Source: a virus (Duplodnaviria > Heunggongvirae > Uroviricota > Caudoviricetes). Taken from it: 64,000 nucleotides of DNA. Positions 46,920 to 57,365 of the stretch are shown piece after piece. Where the stretch lies: IMG/VR virus record IMGVR_UViG_3300042894_001948, one strand, 5' to 3'. The translations under genes were made by a program, and so were the position numbers. Position 1 is the first letter of the stretch. Each line of letters begins with the position of its first letter. The notes beneath the pieces were generated by a model. It had not been told where the DNA came from, did no database searches, and saw nothing but the letters and a program-made list of their open reading frames with translations.

Positions 46920-49507
46920 TGAATTTTAGAGATTTAATGAATAAACTAGACAACATTAATAATGGAATGTTGGCTGAAGGGTTAACCCTATCTGCAATCA
47001 TTGCAGTAACATCAGGGTATGAACAAGATGATAAGGTAAGAATACCAAAATTAGCACAATTAGCTAAAGAAAACGGTTTAGAAGGATTAGTTGATCCAGT
47101 AAATGGAAATTATATTTCAAACGAAGGCGAAGTAGACGATGAAGTACCATTTGAAATTGCGCAAAAATTATCAGCAGCTGGTCTATTGCCTAAAAACGCT
47201 AGATTGCCGCAGGCAGGTTGGTTTGACAACGAAGACACCTTTAAAAAAGCAAACGCGGACTTAGTTAGTCAAAGTTCTCAAATTTCAGGTGATGCAGATG
47301 CGTTACATGATAAAATTAAACAAATGATGGACTTGTTTAATAAAATTTTAGAATTACGTAAAAAACGCGCTGATAAAAACTTAGCAGCTAATAGCTTAGG
47401 ATCACCTGGTGCAAATGCAGCAGCTGCCAATGCTATTACTCCTCCAAATATTGCTAATACACTAAACAACATTCAAACTAGTATGAAAGATGCAAGTGCT
47501 GGCATGGCAGATCCCGGTAATATAACAAAAATGGCAAATGATGCAATTACAAAAGGAATGGCATTACAAAATGCACCTACTGCTGTAAAAGAATCATACG
47601 GTATGGCTAACGCATTACTTGACAGCTTTGGTTATGAACAATTAAATGAAGATCTTGCAAGCGACGCAGGAGACCTCGGACGCGGTGTATGGAACGGTGC
47701 CACATGGGGTACTGGTAGCAATATTAATGCTGGAGTTAAAAGTTTAGTTAAAGGAACCAAATATAAAGACGAACTAGCAGGGGAACTTGCTGCTAATAAA
47801 GAAGCCGAAGAAAGAAGTCCATGGTTATACGGTGGTGGTGACTTAGCTGGAAGTTTTGTAGCTCCGGGCGGTGCAGCTAAAGGTCTTGCAGGTGTTGCAG
47901 GTGTAGTAGGTAAACGATATATTGCAGGACAAGCAGTTGATGCAGCTAATGCACATACGTTAGGTACCCAACAAACTCCAGTAGGTCCGCATCCTGCAGG
48001 TAATGCTGGTACTAATCATATCATGGCATTGCAACAACAATTAAAAGCTAAAGGTGCTGACTTAGGTACAAGCGGTCTTAACCACGACGGCGTTGACGGA
48101 ATCATGGGGCCTAAAACTAAAGCAGCACAAGCAAAATTTGGCATTAAAGAAGGTACAGAAATGAAACAATTAACAGTAGCTGAATCAATTGCAGCTATGC
48201 GCGATACATTGGAACGTATTAACAATCCTCAATTAAACGAAGTTGATGCAATTGGTGCCATAGGGAAAGTAGGCAGCAAATTACTCGGCAGAACAGCAGC
48301 CAATGATGCAAGCGCGTTAGGAAAAGCAGCAGCTAATGATGCGTCTATGGGGTGGGGAAAGCTACAAGGTGCAACTTCACAAGGTGCAGGTGATGTAAGT
48401 CAGTTAGGTAAACTAGGTGCAGGACCAGCATGGGGCGGCACTGCTGCAGCAGATGCAGGAAAAATAGCAGCAGCTGATGCAGAAAAAGCTGCAGCTCAAG
48501 GCGGTATGGATGTAGGTAAACTTGGTAATAGTAAAAACTATAAATTTGCCGGTAGAGCTGAAAAAGCAGCAGAAAAAGGCGGTAAAAGAAATGCTGCTAT
48601 TGCAGGATTAGCTGCAGGCATGGCTGGGTATAGTGCATTAGCAGGTGATAACGGACAAGGTCCAATGCCACCACCGGGACCAAAACCACAACCTAAACCA
48701 CATCCGCACGGTCCAGTACATAAACAAGGTAATCCTGAAATTATGAAATGGCAAGAATTGTTAAATGCTAACGGTGAACACCTTAAAGTTGACGGTATTT
48801 ACGGTCCAGAAACACAAGCTGCATATGACAGAGTGTTCCCTAAATTCCAACCAGATCCTAAATTCCCAGGTACTAATGCAGCTCCACAACCTGTAGCCGA
48901 ATCTATTAGATCATTAAGTGCAAGATTGTCATTAATTGAAAGTGGATTAGATCCTGAATTTATGGACGAATTAGCCAACGAAGGTATCGGTGATGCATTA
49001 GCAAAAATTGGGAAAGGCGCATGGAACGCAGGTAAAAACTTAGTACGTGGTGCTAAAGGTGAGCCAGCATTGTCTAGAGCAAGCAGCGCAGGCCCAACAC
49101 AATTATCTAGAGCAGATAAAATTGCACACGGTGCAGGTGATATTGCTAACAAAAATCCAAAAACTGCTAGCTTCTTAGGTGGCGCAGCAGCAGGAGCAGG
49201 CGGCATGGCTGCATGGGACGCATATCATAGTGGTCAAGGTCCTAAACCAGATCCAATACATGATCCTGCACCACATATTCATAAACCACATCCGCATATA
49301 GGTGGCGGTGGCGGCGGCACTACTCCCGTAACACCACTAACTCCTCCTACACCACCTGTGACTCCAGCAGCAGATCCTTCTGATGCAGAAATGGCAGCAT
49401 TAATGGCTCAACTTAGAACATTAATGGCAGATGTAGGTAAAAGTTCAAATCCTGAAGCACAAAAAGCAGTTGCTGATATGACTACAAGACTGAACGGCGT
49501 ACAATAA
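46919..49507 (+). CDS. Large Gly/Ala/Lys-rich protein (862 aa) with two peptidoglycan-binding (PG_binding_1-like) modules and a (Gly)6/Pro-Thr tail
   Basis: …LGTSGLNHDGVDGIMGPKTKAAQAKFGI… and …LKVDGIYGPETQAAYDRVF… match the L.VDG.FG..T..A…FQ peptidoglycan-binding pattern. Long low-complexity AAK/GKLG stretches. C-terminal …HPHIGGGGGGTTPVTPLTPPTPPVTP…. A strong terminator follows. Confidence 0.65.
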   Translation: MNFRDLMNKLDNINNGMLAEGLTLSAIIAVTSGYEQDDKVRIPKLAQLAKENGLEGLVDPVNGNYISNEGEVDDEVPFEIAQKLSAAGLLPKNARLPQAGWFDNEDTFKKANADLVSQSSQISGDADALHDKIKQMMDLFNKILELRKKRADKNLAANSLGSPGANAAAANAITPPNIANTLNNIQTSMKDASAGMADPGNITKMANDAITKGMALQNAPTAVKESYGMANALLDSFGYEQLNEDLASDAGDLGRGVWNGATWGTGSNINAGVKSLVKGTKYKDELAGELAANKEAEERSPWLYGGGDLAGSFVAPGGAAKGLAGVAGVVGKRYIAGQAVDAANAHTLGTQQTPVGPHPAGNAGTNHIMALQQQLKAKGADLGTSGLNHDGVDGIMGPKTKAAQAKFGIKEGTEMKQLTVAESIAAMRDTLERINNPQLNEVDAIGAIGKVGSKLLGRTAANDASALGKAAANDASMGWGKLQGATSQGAGDVSQLGKLGAGPAWGGTAAADAGKIAAADAEKAAAQGGMDVGKLGNSKNYKFAGRAEKAAEKGGKRNAAIAGLAAGMAGYSALAGDNGQGPMPPPGPKPQPKPHPHGPVHKQGNPEIMKWQELLNANGEHLKVDGIYGPETQAAYDRVFPKFQPDPKFPGTNAAPQPVAESIRSLSARLSLIESGLDPEFMDELANEGIGDALAKIGKGAWNAGKNLVRGAKGEPALSRASSAGPTQLSRADKIAHGAGDIANKNPKTASFLGGAAAGAGGMAAWDAYHSGQGPKPDPIHDPAPHIHKPHPHIGGGGGGTTPVTPLTPPTPPVTPAADPSDAEMAALMAQLRTLMADVGKSSNPEAQKAVADMTTRLNGVQ

Positions 49508-49520
49508 TCCGTTACAATTA

Positions 49521-49548
49521 AAAAAGGCAGCTAGTCTGCCTTTTTTTA
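49521..49548 (+). terminator. Rho-independent terminator
   Basis: aaaaaaGGCAGctagtCTGCCttttttt. Confidence 0.75.
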
Positions 49549-49568
49549 CCTTCATTTTACCAAGCCAG

Positions 49569-49597
49569 TTGACATACTGAGCAATCGAATATATAAT
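49569..49597 (+). promoter_or_regulatory. Consensus sigma70 promoter TTGACA-N17-TATAAT
   Basis: TTGACA at 49569-49574 and TATAAT at 49592-49597. ACGGAG RBS before the ATG at 49627. Confidence 0.65.
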
Positions 49598-49626
49598 ATA
49601 TACATATTAACACAACGGAGAAACAA

Positions 49627-49881
49627 ATGAGTAGAGCATACGGTCCAGAAGAAAAAGCTAAACTTGAAAAATTAATTAACGAAGGTTCTTTAGTTTTACG
49701 TGAAGTTGAAGACTTACAAGCTGGCTTAAAAGATACTGTAAAAGCAGTAGCAGAAGAATTACAAGTTAAACCAGCAGTTATAAATAAGGCTATCAAGATA
49801 GCACATAAAGGTAATTGGGCGGATCATAATGAAGATTGGGAAGAAGTTGAAGCAATCTTAGACATTACAAAACGTATTTAA
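49627..49881 (+). CDS. Hypothetical small acidic protein (84 aa)
   Basis: First gene after the terminator/promoter pair. No recognisable motif. Confidence 0.5.
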   Translation: MSRAYGPEEKAKLEKLINEGSLVLREVEDLQAGLKDTVKAVAEELQVKPAVINKAIKIAHKGNWADHNEDWEEVEAILDITKRI

Positions 49882-49934
49882 AAAGTAGTAACATTGAGAA
49901 CGGTAGGCAGGCCATAAGCTGCAAAAGGGTATTT

Positions 49935-50153
49935 GTGAGCCACAAATCACATAAACTGAGATACAATATGGAAGAATTTGAAATCTGTACGGAATGTATT
50001 CGTCCGGAGATATGTTTATCAAGATGCGAATGCAGTATTATTGTTAGTAGCGAAGAAGCTGTTGCAAGAATACGTGACGAAGAAGCATTTATGTCATGGA
50101 TTAACGAACACGCAACTAATCGCGATATCGGTCGCGACGGCGGTGCAGAATGA
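49935..50153 (+). CDS. Small Cys-rich protein (up to 72 aa; start uncertain)
   Basis: …ICTECIRPEICLSRCECS… cysteine cluster. ATGA overlap with the DNA polymerase start. Confidence 0.4.
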   Translation: MSHKSHKLRYNMEEFEICTECIRPEICLSRCECSIIVSSEEAVARIRDEEAFMSWINEHATNRDIGRDGGAE

Positions 50154-52810
50154 GTTATATAGACGGATACTTTGATCGTAACAACGACATTATTAAAATT
50201 GTAGAAAGAAATTCAAAAGGTGAGCGTGAGTTTAAAGATATTCCTGTTAAACATACGTTATATTATAAAGACCCGAGAGGGAAATATCAATCAATTTACG
50301 GAGATCCCGTATCAAAAATCGTTTGTAGAAATACAAAAGAGTATAGAAAAGAACTTTCTATACACAGCTCAAATAAAACATACGAAGCAGATATTAACCC
50401 AATATTTGCGTGTTTATCAGAAAACTATCTTAATCATGACGCACCTAAACTAAATGTTGCGTTCTTTGATATCGAGGTTGATTTTGATCCTGAACGCGGG
50501 TATGCATCACCTGATGATGCATTTATGCCTATTACTGCTATTGCTGTACACTTACAATGGTTAGAAACACTTATTTGTTTAGCAATACCTCCAAAAACAT
50601 TAACTATGGAACAAGCAGAAGAACAAGTTAAAGAGTTTCCTAATACATTTTTATTTAAAACAGAAGGTGAGCTATTAGACACATTTCTTAACTTAATAGA
50701 AGATGCTGACATTTTAAGTGGCTGGAATAGTGAAGGATTTGATATTCCGTATACAGTTAATCGCGTTACTAAAGTATTATCAAAAGATGATACACGTAGA
50801 TTCTGTTTATTTGATCAATTACCTAAAAGACGTGAATACGAAAAGTACGGTAAAGCATCTGTAACATATGACTTTGTAGGACGAGTACATTTAGATAGTT
50901 TACAACTATATCAAAAGTACACATACGAAGAAAGACATAGTTTTAGACTTGACGCTATTGCAGAATATGAGTTAGGCGACCGTAAAACACAGTATGAAGG
51001 TACACTTGATCAACTGTATAACAACGACTTTAAAACATTTGTTGAATACAACAGACAAGATACTATGCTTTTAGATAGACTTGATAAAAAACTAAAGTTT
51101 ATTGACTTAGCTAACACACTTGCACATGAAAACACTGTATTATTACAAACTACTATGGGCGCAGTTGCTGTAACAGAGCAAGCTATTATTAACGAAGCAC
51201 ATCATAGAGGATTTGTAGTACCAAATAGACGTAGAGAAGAACCAATTCAAGCTGCAGGTGCGTATGTTGCGTATCCTAAAGAAGGAATTCATGACTGGAT
51301 AGGCTCACTAGATATTAACTCACTGTATCCAAGTGCTATTAGAGCACTAAATATGGGTCCGGAGACTATTGTAGGACAGCTAAGACCTATCGTAACTGAC
51401 GATTTTATCTCTTTACAAATTGCAAAAGGCAAATCATTTGCTGCTGCATGGGAAGGGTTGTTTGGTACATTTGAATACACTGCTGTTATGAATGAAGAAA
51501 TTGGTACTGATATTACAGTTGACTGGGAAAACGGTGATACTAATGTTCTTAGTGCTGCGGAAGTATACAGACTAGTGTTTGAAAGTAACCAACCATGGGT
51601 GCTATCGGCAAATGGAACAATCTTTTCAGTTGAGAAAGAAGGTGTTATTCCCGGATTGCTTAAACGATGGTATGCAGAACGTAAAGAAATGCAAGCTAAG
51701 TTAAAAGACGCAATTAATGCAGGTAACAAGATTGAAGAAGAATACTGGGACAAAAGACAGCTAGTTAAGAAGATTAACCTAAATAGTTTATATGGTGCTA
51801 TTCTTAATCCAGGTTGTAGGTTCTTTGATAAACGTATTGGGCAATCAACTACACTAGTAGGACGTCAAATTGCTAAACATATGGCTGCAAAAGTAAATGA
51901 AATTATTACAGGTGATTATAACCATACCGGTAAAGCTATTATTTACGGCGATACTGACTCTTGTTATTTTTCAGCGTATAATACACTTAGAGCTGATATT
52001 GACAAAGGGTTAATTCCGTGGTCTAAAGAGAATATTACACAATTGTATGACCAAATTGGCGACGAAGTTAACGGTACGTTTCAACAGTTTATGTTAGATG
52101 CATTCCACTGTCCTAAATCACGTGGTGAAGTTATTAAAGCAGGACGTGAGATTGTTGGTAGTAAGTCACTATTCATTACTAAAAAGCGTTATGCAGTATT
52201 AGTATATGATAAAGAAGGCAAGCGTAAAGATACTAATGGTAAAAACGGTGAAATTAAAGCTATGGGCTTAGATTTAAAACGTAGTGATACACCGGAGTTT
52301 ATTCAAGACTTCTTATCTAACGTGTTAACTATGGTACTAGCGGGAGAAAGCGAAGATGACGTACTAGATTACATTACTGAATTTAGATTATTATTCAAAG
52401 CTAGACCCGGATGGGAAAAAGGTTCACCTAAACGTGCTAATAACATTACCACTTATGCAAATAAAGAAGATAAGCAAGGTAAAGTCAATATGCCAGGACA
52501 TGTTAGAGCAAGTTTAAATTGGAATACATTAAAACGCATGTATGGTGACAAGTATTCAATGGCGATCACAGATGGTGCAAAAGTTATTGTATGCAAACTT
52601 AAACAAAATCCATTAGGGTTTACAAGTGTTGCATATCCAGTAGATGAATTACGACTGCCGCAATGGTTTAAAGACTTACCATTTGATCATAATGAAATGG
52701 AACAAACGATTATTGATAATAAATTGGATAACTTAATTGGGATTCTTAATTGGAAACTAGTTAATACCTCTGATAAAAACACATTTAACAACTTATTTGA
52801 CTTTGATTAA
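50150..52810 (+). CDS. Family-B DNA polymerase (T4 gp43-like)
   Basis: Exo I FFDIEVD, …NSEGFDIPY… (compare T4 NIEGFDVPY), motif A LDINSLYPSAI, motif B KINLNSLYGAIL, motif C IYGDTDSCYF. 886 aa. Confidence 0.9.
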   Translation: MSYIDGYFDRNNDIIKIVERNSKGEREFKDIPVKHTLYYKDPRGKYQSIYGDPVSKIVCRNTKEYRKELSIHSSNKTYEADINPIFACLSENYLNHDAPKLNVAFFDIEVDFDPERGYASPDDAFMPITAIAVHLQWLETLICLAIPPKTLTMEQAEEQVKEFPNTFLFKTEGELLDTFLNLIEDADILSGWNSEGFDIPYTVNRVTKVLSKDDTRRFCLFDQLPKRREYEKYGKASVTYDFVGRVHLDSLQLYQKYTYEERHSFRLDAIAEYELGDRKTQYEGTLDQLYNNDFKTFVEYNRQDTMLLDRLDKKLKFIDLANTLAHENTVLLQTTMGAVAVTEQAIINEAHHRGFVVPNRRREEPIQAAGAYVAYPKEGIHDWIGSLDINSLYPSAIRALNMGPETIVGQLRPIVTDDFISLQIAKGKSFAAAWEGLFGTFEYTAVMNEEIGTDITVDWENGDTNVLSAAEVYRLVFESNQPWVLSANGTIFSVEKEGVIPGLLKRWYAERKEMQAKLKDAINAGNKIEEEYWDKRQLVKKINLNSLYGAILNPGCRFFDKRIGQSTTLVGRQIAKHMAAKVNEIITGDYNHTGKAIIYGDTDSCYFSAYNTLRADIDKGLIPWSKENITQLYDQIGDEVNGTFQQFMLDAFHCPKSRGEVIKAGREIVGSKSLFITKKRYAVLVYDKEGKRKDTNGKNGEIKAMGLDLKRSDTPEFIQDFLSNVLTMVLAGESEDDVLDYITEFRLLFKARPGWEKGSPKRANNITTYANKEDKQGKVNMPGHVRASLNWNTLKRMYGDKYSMAITDGAKVIVCKLKQNPLGFTSVAYPVDELRLPQWFKDLPFDHNEMEQTIIDNKLDNLIGILNWKLVNTSDKNTFNNLFDFD

Positions 52811-52817
52811 AATACAG

Positions 52818-52846
52818 TTGACAATACAACACAAATACATTATAAT
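52818..52846 (+). promoter_or_regulatory. Consensus sigma70 promoter TTGACA-N17-TATAAT
   Basis: TTGACA at 52818-52823 and TATAAT at 52841-52846. GGAG RBS before the ATG at 52869. Confidence 0.65.
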
Positions 52847-52868
52847 ATATACACACTAGGAGATATAC

Positions 52869-53603
52869 ATGAAAGACTTTTTACAAGATTTAGTAAGACA
52901 TACACACACATTAGGCGTATTACCATTAGTTAAAGTTTCTGCAGAAGATACATATGTTGCAATTGATTCAATGGCTGAAGATAGATCAGTGATTCTTAAT
53001 GCAAAAACACATGCACCTGTTAACGGGTTAAACAGCGTATTTGGTATGCCAAACTTAAACAAATTAGACTTACACCTTAAATGTCCAGAATATAAAGACG
53101 ACGCAGTTATTAATATAGTATATGATACACGCGATGGTGAATACGTTCCTACTGGATTACACTTTACCAATGCTACTGGTGACTTCCAAAATGATTACAG
53201 ATTTATGTCTCGTGCAATTATTGAAGCAAAAGTAAAGAAACCTAAAAACAAAGTAGAAATTGTTTACGATATTGAGTTTAAACCTGAATCAGCCAATGTA
53301 CAGCGTTTAAAATTTCAAGCTGCAGCACATACAGAAGAAACTGTATTTCAAGTATCAACTGAAGATAATAACTTAGTTTTTAGCTTTGGCGATGCTAGTA
53401 CACACGCAGGTACATTTGTATTTTACTCGGGCATTGATTATAAATTAAAAAATACATGGTCATGGCCTGTTGCACAAATTCTAAGTATTTTAAATTTAGA
53501 CGGTAATATTACAATGAAAATTGCAGATCAAGGAGCATTACAAATTATTGTCGAAAGCGGTATTGCTGAATACACGTATACATTACCTGCACAAACAAAA
53601 TAA
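52869..53603 (+). CDS. Hypothetical protein (244 aa); possible sliding clamp (gp45-like), based on size and position only
   Basis: Sits immediately downstream of the DNA polymerase, and its length is close to T4 gp45. No diagnostic motif was recognised, so the function is speculative. Confidence 0.5.
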   Translation: MKDFLQDLVRHTHTLGVLPLVKVSAEDTYVAIDSMAEDRSVILNAKTHAPVNGLNSVFGMPNLNKLDLHLKCPEYKDDAVINIVYDTRDGEYVPTGLHFTNATGDFQNDYRFMSRAIIEAKVKKPKNKVEIVYDIEFKPESANVQRLKFQAAAHTEETVFQVSTEDNNLVFSFGDASTHAGTFVFYSGIDYKLKNTWSWPVAQILSILNLDGNITMKIADQGALQIIVESGIAEYTYTLPAQTK

Positions 53604-54013
53604 TGATAGACATTAGAAACGCATTAAAATTATTAGACGTTGTTTATGTTAATCAAAATGAAAGTGTTAAGTCATCTCTTGATAAAGTAACAATGTTAGC
53701 ACAGTTAGATTCTCCTGTATGGACTCCACCTGGTCCGTTTGAACAGTTTTATGTTGATTATGAATACATGAAACAACGTGTGCAAGGACTTGAATCAAGA
53801 TTAAACACACTTGAAGGCTATAATAGAGATCCATATACTAATCACACTGTTAATTCTTATATAGCTAACTATGTTAATACGAGTTATCAAATTACAGGTA
53901 TGTCTACAAAAATTACAGCTTTAGAAACTAAATTGCAAGAAGTTACTACACTACTTGCAACGTTAACCCCAGAACAGGAAGAAGATGAATCGGAACTTAA
54001 CAGCAAAATATAA
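53603..54013 (+). CDS. Hypothetical coiled-coil protein (136 aa)
   Basis: ATGA overlap. Heptad-rich segments (…LESRLNTLEG…ITALETKLQEVTTLLATL…). Confidence 0.5.
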   Translation: MIDIRNALKLLDVVYVNQNESVKSSLDKVTMLAQLDSPVWTPPGPFEQFYVDYEYMKQRVQGLESRLNTLEGYNRDPYTNHTVNSYIANYVNTSYQITGMSTKITALETKLQEVTTLLATLTPEQEEDESELNSKI

Positions 54014-54054
54014 TAAGTTATAGTTGCGGATAAATATACGTTTAGGAGATTAAT

Positions 54055-54810
54055 ATGTTTTATGTATATGTATATCTAGATCCACTTTTTCCATCCAACT
54101 GTAGTTACGATAACATTTCCTTTACTTATGTGCCAATATATGTTGGTAAAGGTAAAGGAAATCGATATAAGGATCATATGGTAAAAACATCAAATAAAAT
54201 TTTTGAAAACAAGATACAGTTTTGGAAAACTAATAATATTAAACCAATTGTTATATTTATTGAAACTAATATATCTGAACAAGATGCATGGGATATAGAA
54301 GAACGATTAGTTGTAGAGATTGGAAGATTAGATTTAAAAACGGGACCATTATTAAATTTAACCAACGGTGGGGAAGGATGTTCCGGAATTATACCGTGGA
54401 ACAAAGGTATACAAACTGGTTCATTTTTAACAGCAGACGGTCAATCTAAAATAAGCAATGCTAATAAAGGTAAGGTACTTTCAGATGAAACTAAATCTAA
54501 AATAAGTGTAGCTAATAAAGGTAAACCTAAATCTATTGTGCATTGTAAAAAAATAAGTGAGTCACTGACGGGTAACATTCCGTGGAATAAAGGAAAACAC
54601 ACTGGTCAAGAATCGTGGATGACAGGTAAAGCTCACTCATTAGAATCTCGTAAAAAGATGTCAGATTCTCACAAGGGAAATACGCTCACTGAAGAACAAA
54701 AAACTAAAATTAGTAATAAATTAAAAGGGCGTGTTATATCAGATGAAACACGAATTAAAATGTCAGAATCAAAAAAACAATACTGGGCACAAAAGAAAAA
54801 TGGAACGTAA
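54055..54810 (+). CDS. GIY-YIG homing endonuclease with NUMOD3-like DNA-binding repeats
   Basis: N-terminal FYVYVY…YVGKGKGNRYKDH (GIY…YIG module). Repeated …IPWNKG…TG… / …NKGK..S.ETK.KIS.ANKGK… units downstream. Confidence 0.75.
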   Translation: MFYVYVYLDPLFPSNCSYDNISFTYVPIYVGKGKGNRYKDHMVKTSNKIFENKIQFWKTNNIKPIVIFIETNISEQDAWDIEERLVVEIGRLDLKTGPLLNLTNGGEGCSGIIPWNKGIQTGSFLTADGQSKISNANKGKVLSDETKSKISVANKGKPKSIVHCKKISESLTGNIPWNKGKHTGQESWMTGKAHSLESRKKMSDSHKGNTLTEEQKTKISNKLKGRVISDETRIKMSESKKQYWAQKKNGT

Positions 54811-56500
54811 TTTAACAAATATTCAAACAGGTACAAACGGGCTAAGCCAATATGCCGTATTCCTTCCTGCAACGTCGGGATTTTACTCAACGTTTATTGG
54901 AAGACAACGCTACGGGAATTATGTAGAACCGTCTCGTATACCAACGTCATTTAAATCAGGAGTAGAAAGTTTAAATTACTTAGAACCTGATAAGGGTGAA
55001 TTTTATTACAGATGGTGTTTGTATTCAGCTGGTCACGCAAACTTAGACTTAGACAAAGATGATGAAGCTGAAGATATGTTTCGTAACAGAGATAGAACTA
55101 CAAGTTGGGTATTAGGCGATTCGGGAGGTTTTCAGATTGGTAAAGGTGTTTGGCCAGCTGATTGGAAAGATCCTACTTGTCCTAAAGCACAAAAGAAACG
55201 TGAACAAGTGTTACGGTGGATGGACGAGTTAATGGATTACGGTATGTGTCTTGATATTCCTGCGTGGGTTGCACGTATGCCAGCAGGACGAAGAGCAACT
55301 GGCATTAACAATTACAAGGATGCAGTTAAAGGTACATTTATTAATAATGAATACTTTATCCAAAATCGTACAGGTGCATGTAAATTCTTAAATGTATTGC
55401 AAGGCGAAACACATAAAGATGCCGAAAAATGGTATCAGAGTATGAAAAAGTTTTGCGATACTAAAGTTTACGGTGATAAAGCATTTAACGGCTGGGCAAT
55501 GGGTGGTCAAAACATGTGCGATGCTGATTTAGTACTTAGAAGAATTGTTTCGTTAAAATTTGACAATATGTTACAAGAAGGTCAACATGACTGGATGCAT
55601 TTCTTAGGCACTAGCAAATTAGAATGGGCATGTTTACTAACTATGATACAACGATCGGTCCGTAAACACATTAATCCTAATTTTACTATTAGTTATGATT
55701 GTGCTAGTCCATTCTTAGCTACTGCAAACGGTCAAGTGTATGTTACAACCGAACTTGAAGATAGAGCAAAATGGGTCTATCGAATGGTGCCAAGTGTAGA
55801 TGATAAAAAATACGCAACTGATACTAGGTTATTTAAAGATGTAGTAATCGACGATGGTATTTTTAAAGTGTTTACTCCAAGTCCACTTATTGATCAAGTA
55901 CAAATAAAAGATATATGCATTTATGGAGCAGGTGTTCCTAATTGGACAGAAGTTGATAATGACGGTATTGATCACACTAAGTTGTTTACAGAACCATTAT
56001 ATTTAAATGATCCTAAATACTGGGTTACTATGGGTAACACTAATAAGATTAACAAAGTTGGTAGAACAAGTTGGGACAGTTTTAGTTATGCTATATTGAT
56101 GGGTCATAATGTATGGAGCCACATTAACGCAGTACAACGTGCAAATGAAGCAGTTGATAACAATATTTTGCCATATATGTTAGTTGATGAAAAATTTAAT
56201 CCGGTATTTGTTAGTGATATTATTGATAAAATTATTAGTAGCAAATCTAAACGTGTTGCGTTAAACCTAATAAAAAAATATAGTAAACTATGGATTGATA
56301 TTCCAGGTACACGCGGTAATTGTGGTAAAAAGACAATCAATGCTGATACAAAATTTAACGAATTTTGGACACTTGATGAATTAGAGCCTGATGATTTAGA
56401 CGACGATAATTTTGATCCAACAGCTTATGATTTTTCTGAAGAAGATGAAGACACGTTACATAACCTAGAAGATAGCATTAAAGATGAACAGACAGTATAA
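54800..56500 (+). CDS. dpdA: DpdA-like DNA-guanine transglycosylase (tRNA-guanine transglycosylase superfamily)
   Basis: TGT-family catalytic signature …VLGDSGGFQIGKG… (compare Tgt …TDSGGFQV…). ~567 aa. The start is taken at the ATG at 54800, overlapping the GIY-YIG stop. folE/queE lie nearby. Confidence 0.7.
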   Translation: MERNLTNIQTGTNGLSQYAVFLPATSGFYSTFIGRQRYGNYVEPSRIPTSFKSGVESLNYLEPDKGEFYYRWCLYSAGHANLDLDKDDEAEDMFRNRDRTTSWVLGDSGGFQIGKGVWPADWKDPTCPKAQKKREQVLRWMDELMDYGMCLDIPAWVARMPAGRRATGINNYKDAVKGTFINNEYFIQNRTGACKFLNVLQGETHKDAEKWYQSMKKFCDTKVYGDKAFNGWAMGGQNMCDADLVLRRIVSLKFDNMLQEGQHDWMHFLGTSKLEWACLLTMIQRSVRKHINPNFTISYDCASPFLATANGQVYVTTELEDRAKWVYRMVPSVDDKKYATDTRLFKDVVIDDGIFKVFTPSPLIDQVQIKDICIYGAGVPNWTEVDNDGIDHTKLFTEPLYLNDPKYWVTMGNTNKINKVGRTSWDSFSYAILMGHNVWSHINAVQRANEAVDNNILPYMLVDEKFNPVFVSDIIDKIISSKSKRVALNLIKKYSKLWIDIPGTRGNCGKKTINADTKFNEFWTLDELEPDDLDDDNFDPTAYDFSEEDEDTLHNLEDSIKDEQTV

Positions 56501-57008
56501 TAACATAACTACAAACACTGCTAAGTTTTTTATTGGTAACGAAGTTGAACACACACCAGCATATGGTTTAAAAACATTGTTTGTTGTTGGTAATCAAACT
56601 ATAGAAGCAGTACATTATCGGTTAGATGCTGAAGAAGATGTTACACACATCTTCTTTGGTGCAAACCATAGTTTTAATCCAAATACACCAGGTGCATGGA
56701 TTGACTGGAATCACATAATTGAACACTTTTTAAAATTAGGCAAACAGTGTTCATTAGATATTCCATTTACAGTAGTAAACGATTTTAATAATAAAACTAA
56801 CTTATGTTCATATTCAAATTTTATTCCACAAATTAGAATTCCGGTTGCAAATATTAAAGATTGGAGTTATAATACAATGATAAAATTAGATGACATAGAT
56901 TTTAACGCAACTAATCCCGGGGTGTGGACACATAACTTAAAAGCATTGCAAAATGATGATGTGTTTACTAGCTGGACTGACTATAACAACGACAATATAA
57001 TTAAATGA
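56484..57008 (+). CDS. Hypothetical protein (174 aa) in the dpdA cluster
   Basis: Overlaps the dpdA stop. Operon-like packing. Confidence 0.5.
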   Translation: MNRQYNNITTNTAKFFIGNEVEHTPAYGLKTLFVVGNQTIEAVHYRLDAEEDVTHIFFGANHSFNPNTPGAWIDWNHIIEHFLKLGKQCSLDIPFTVVNDFNNKTNLCSYSNFIPQIRIPVANIKDWSYNTMIKLDDIDFNATNPGVWTHNLKALQNDDVFTSWTDYNNDNIIK

Positions 57009-57364
57009 CAGATAATAAAATGATATGGGTTACTTTTAAGAAAGAAGGAATTCACCATTACCCTGATGCATTAACTAACCCTAACTTAATAGATGTATCT
57101 TTTTTAGGACATCCACATAGACATATATTTCATTTTAAAGTATGGATAGAAGTTACGCATTCTGACAGAGACATTGAGTTTATACAATTTAAACGATGGT
57201 TAGAATCATTGTATATTAGTTCAACATTATCATTAGATAACAAAAGTTGTGAAATGATAAGTAATGATTTATCATTAACAATTAGAAATGAATACCCTAA
57301 TAGGGCAATTTGGATTGAAGTTTCTGAAGACGGCGAAAACGGATCATTTATTAAGTATTTGTAA
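57005..57364 (+). CDS. Short QueD/PTPS-like T-fold protein (119 aa), a second paralog
   Basis: …FKKEGIHHYPD…FLGHPHRHIFHFKVWIEV…IEFIQFKRWLE… is collinear with the QueD core (FEAAHRLP…LHGHSFMVRLEI…IIDFAELKAAF). Confidence 0.45.
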   Translation: MTDNKMIWVTFKKEGIHHYPDALTNPNLIDVSFLGHPHRHIFHFKVWIEVTHSDRDIEFIQFKRWLESLYISSTLSLDNKSCEMISNDLSLTIRNEYPNRAIWIEVSEDGENGSFIKYL

Positions 57365-57365
57365 T

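Noticed and set aside
30421-52810. Antisense or alternative-frame ORFs inside the clamp-loader, DnaJ, ClpA-like, 42046 and 46919 genes and DNA polymerase (for example 30421-30633, 31014-31241, 34219-34416, 37568-37753, 37845-38201, 39106-40941, 42384-42833, 43530-43913, 45573-46209, 47278-49206, 50220-50712, 51289-51753)
   Set aside because: Shadow ORFs within genes that carry strong catalytic motifs on the other frame or strand.
52869-53603. Confident annotation as gp45 sliding clamp
   Set aside because: Only size and position support it, and I could not see a diagnostic motif. It is kept as a low-confidence suggestion.
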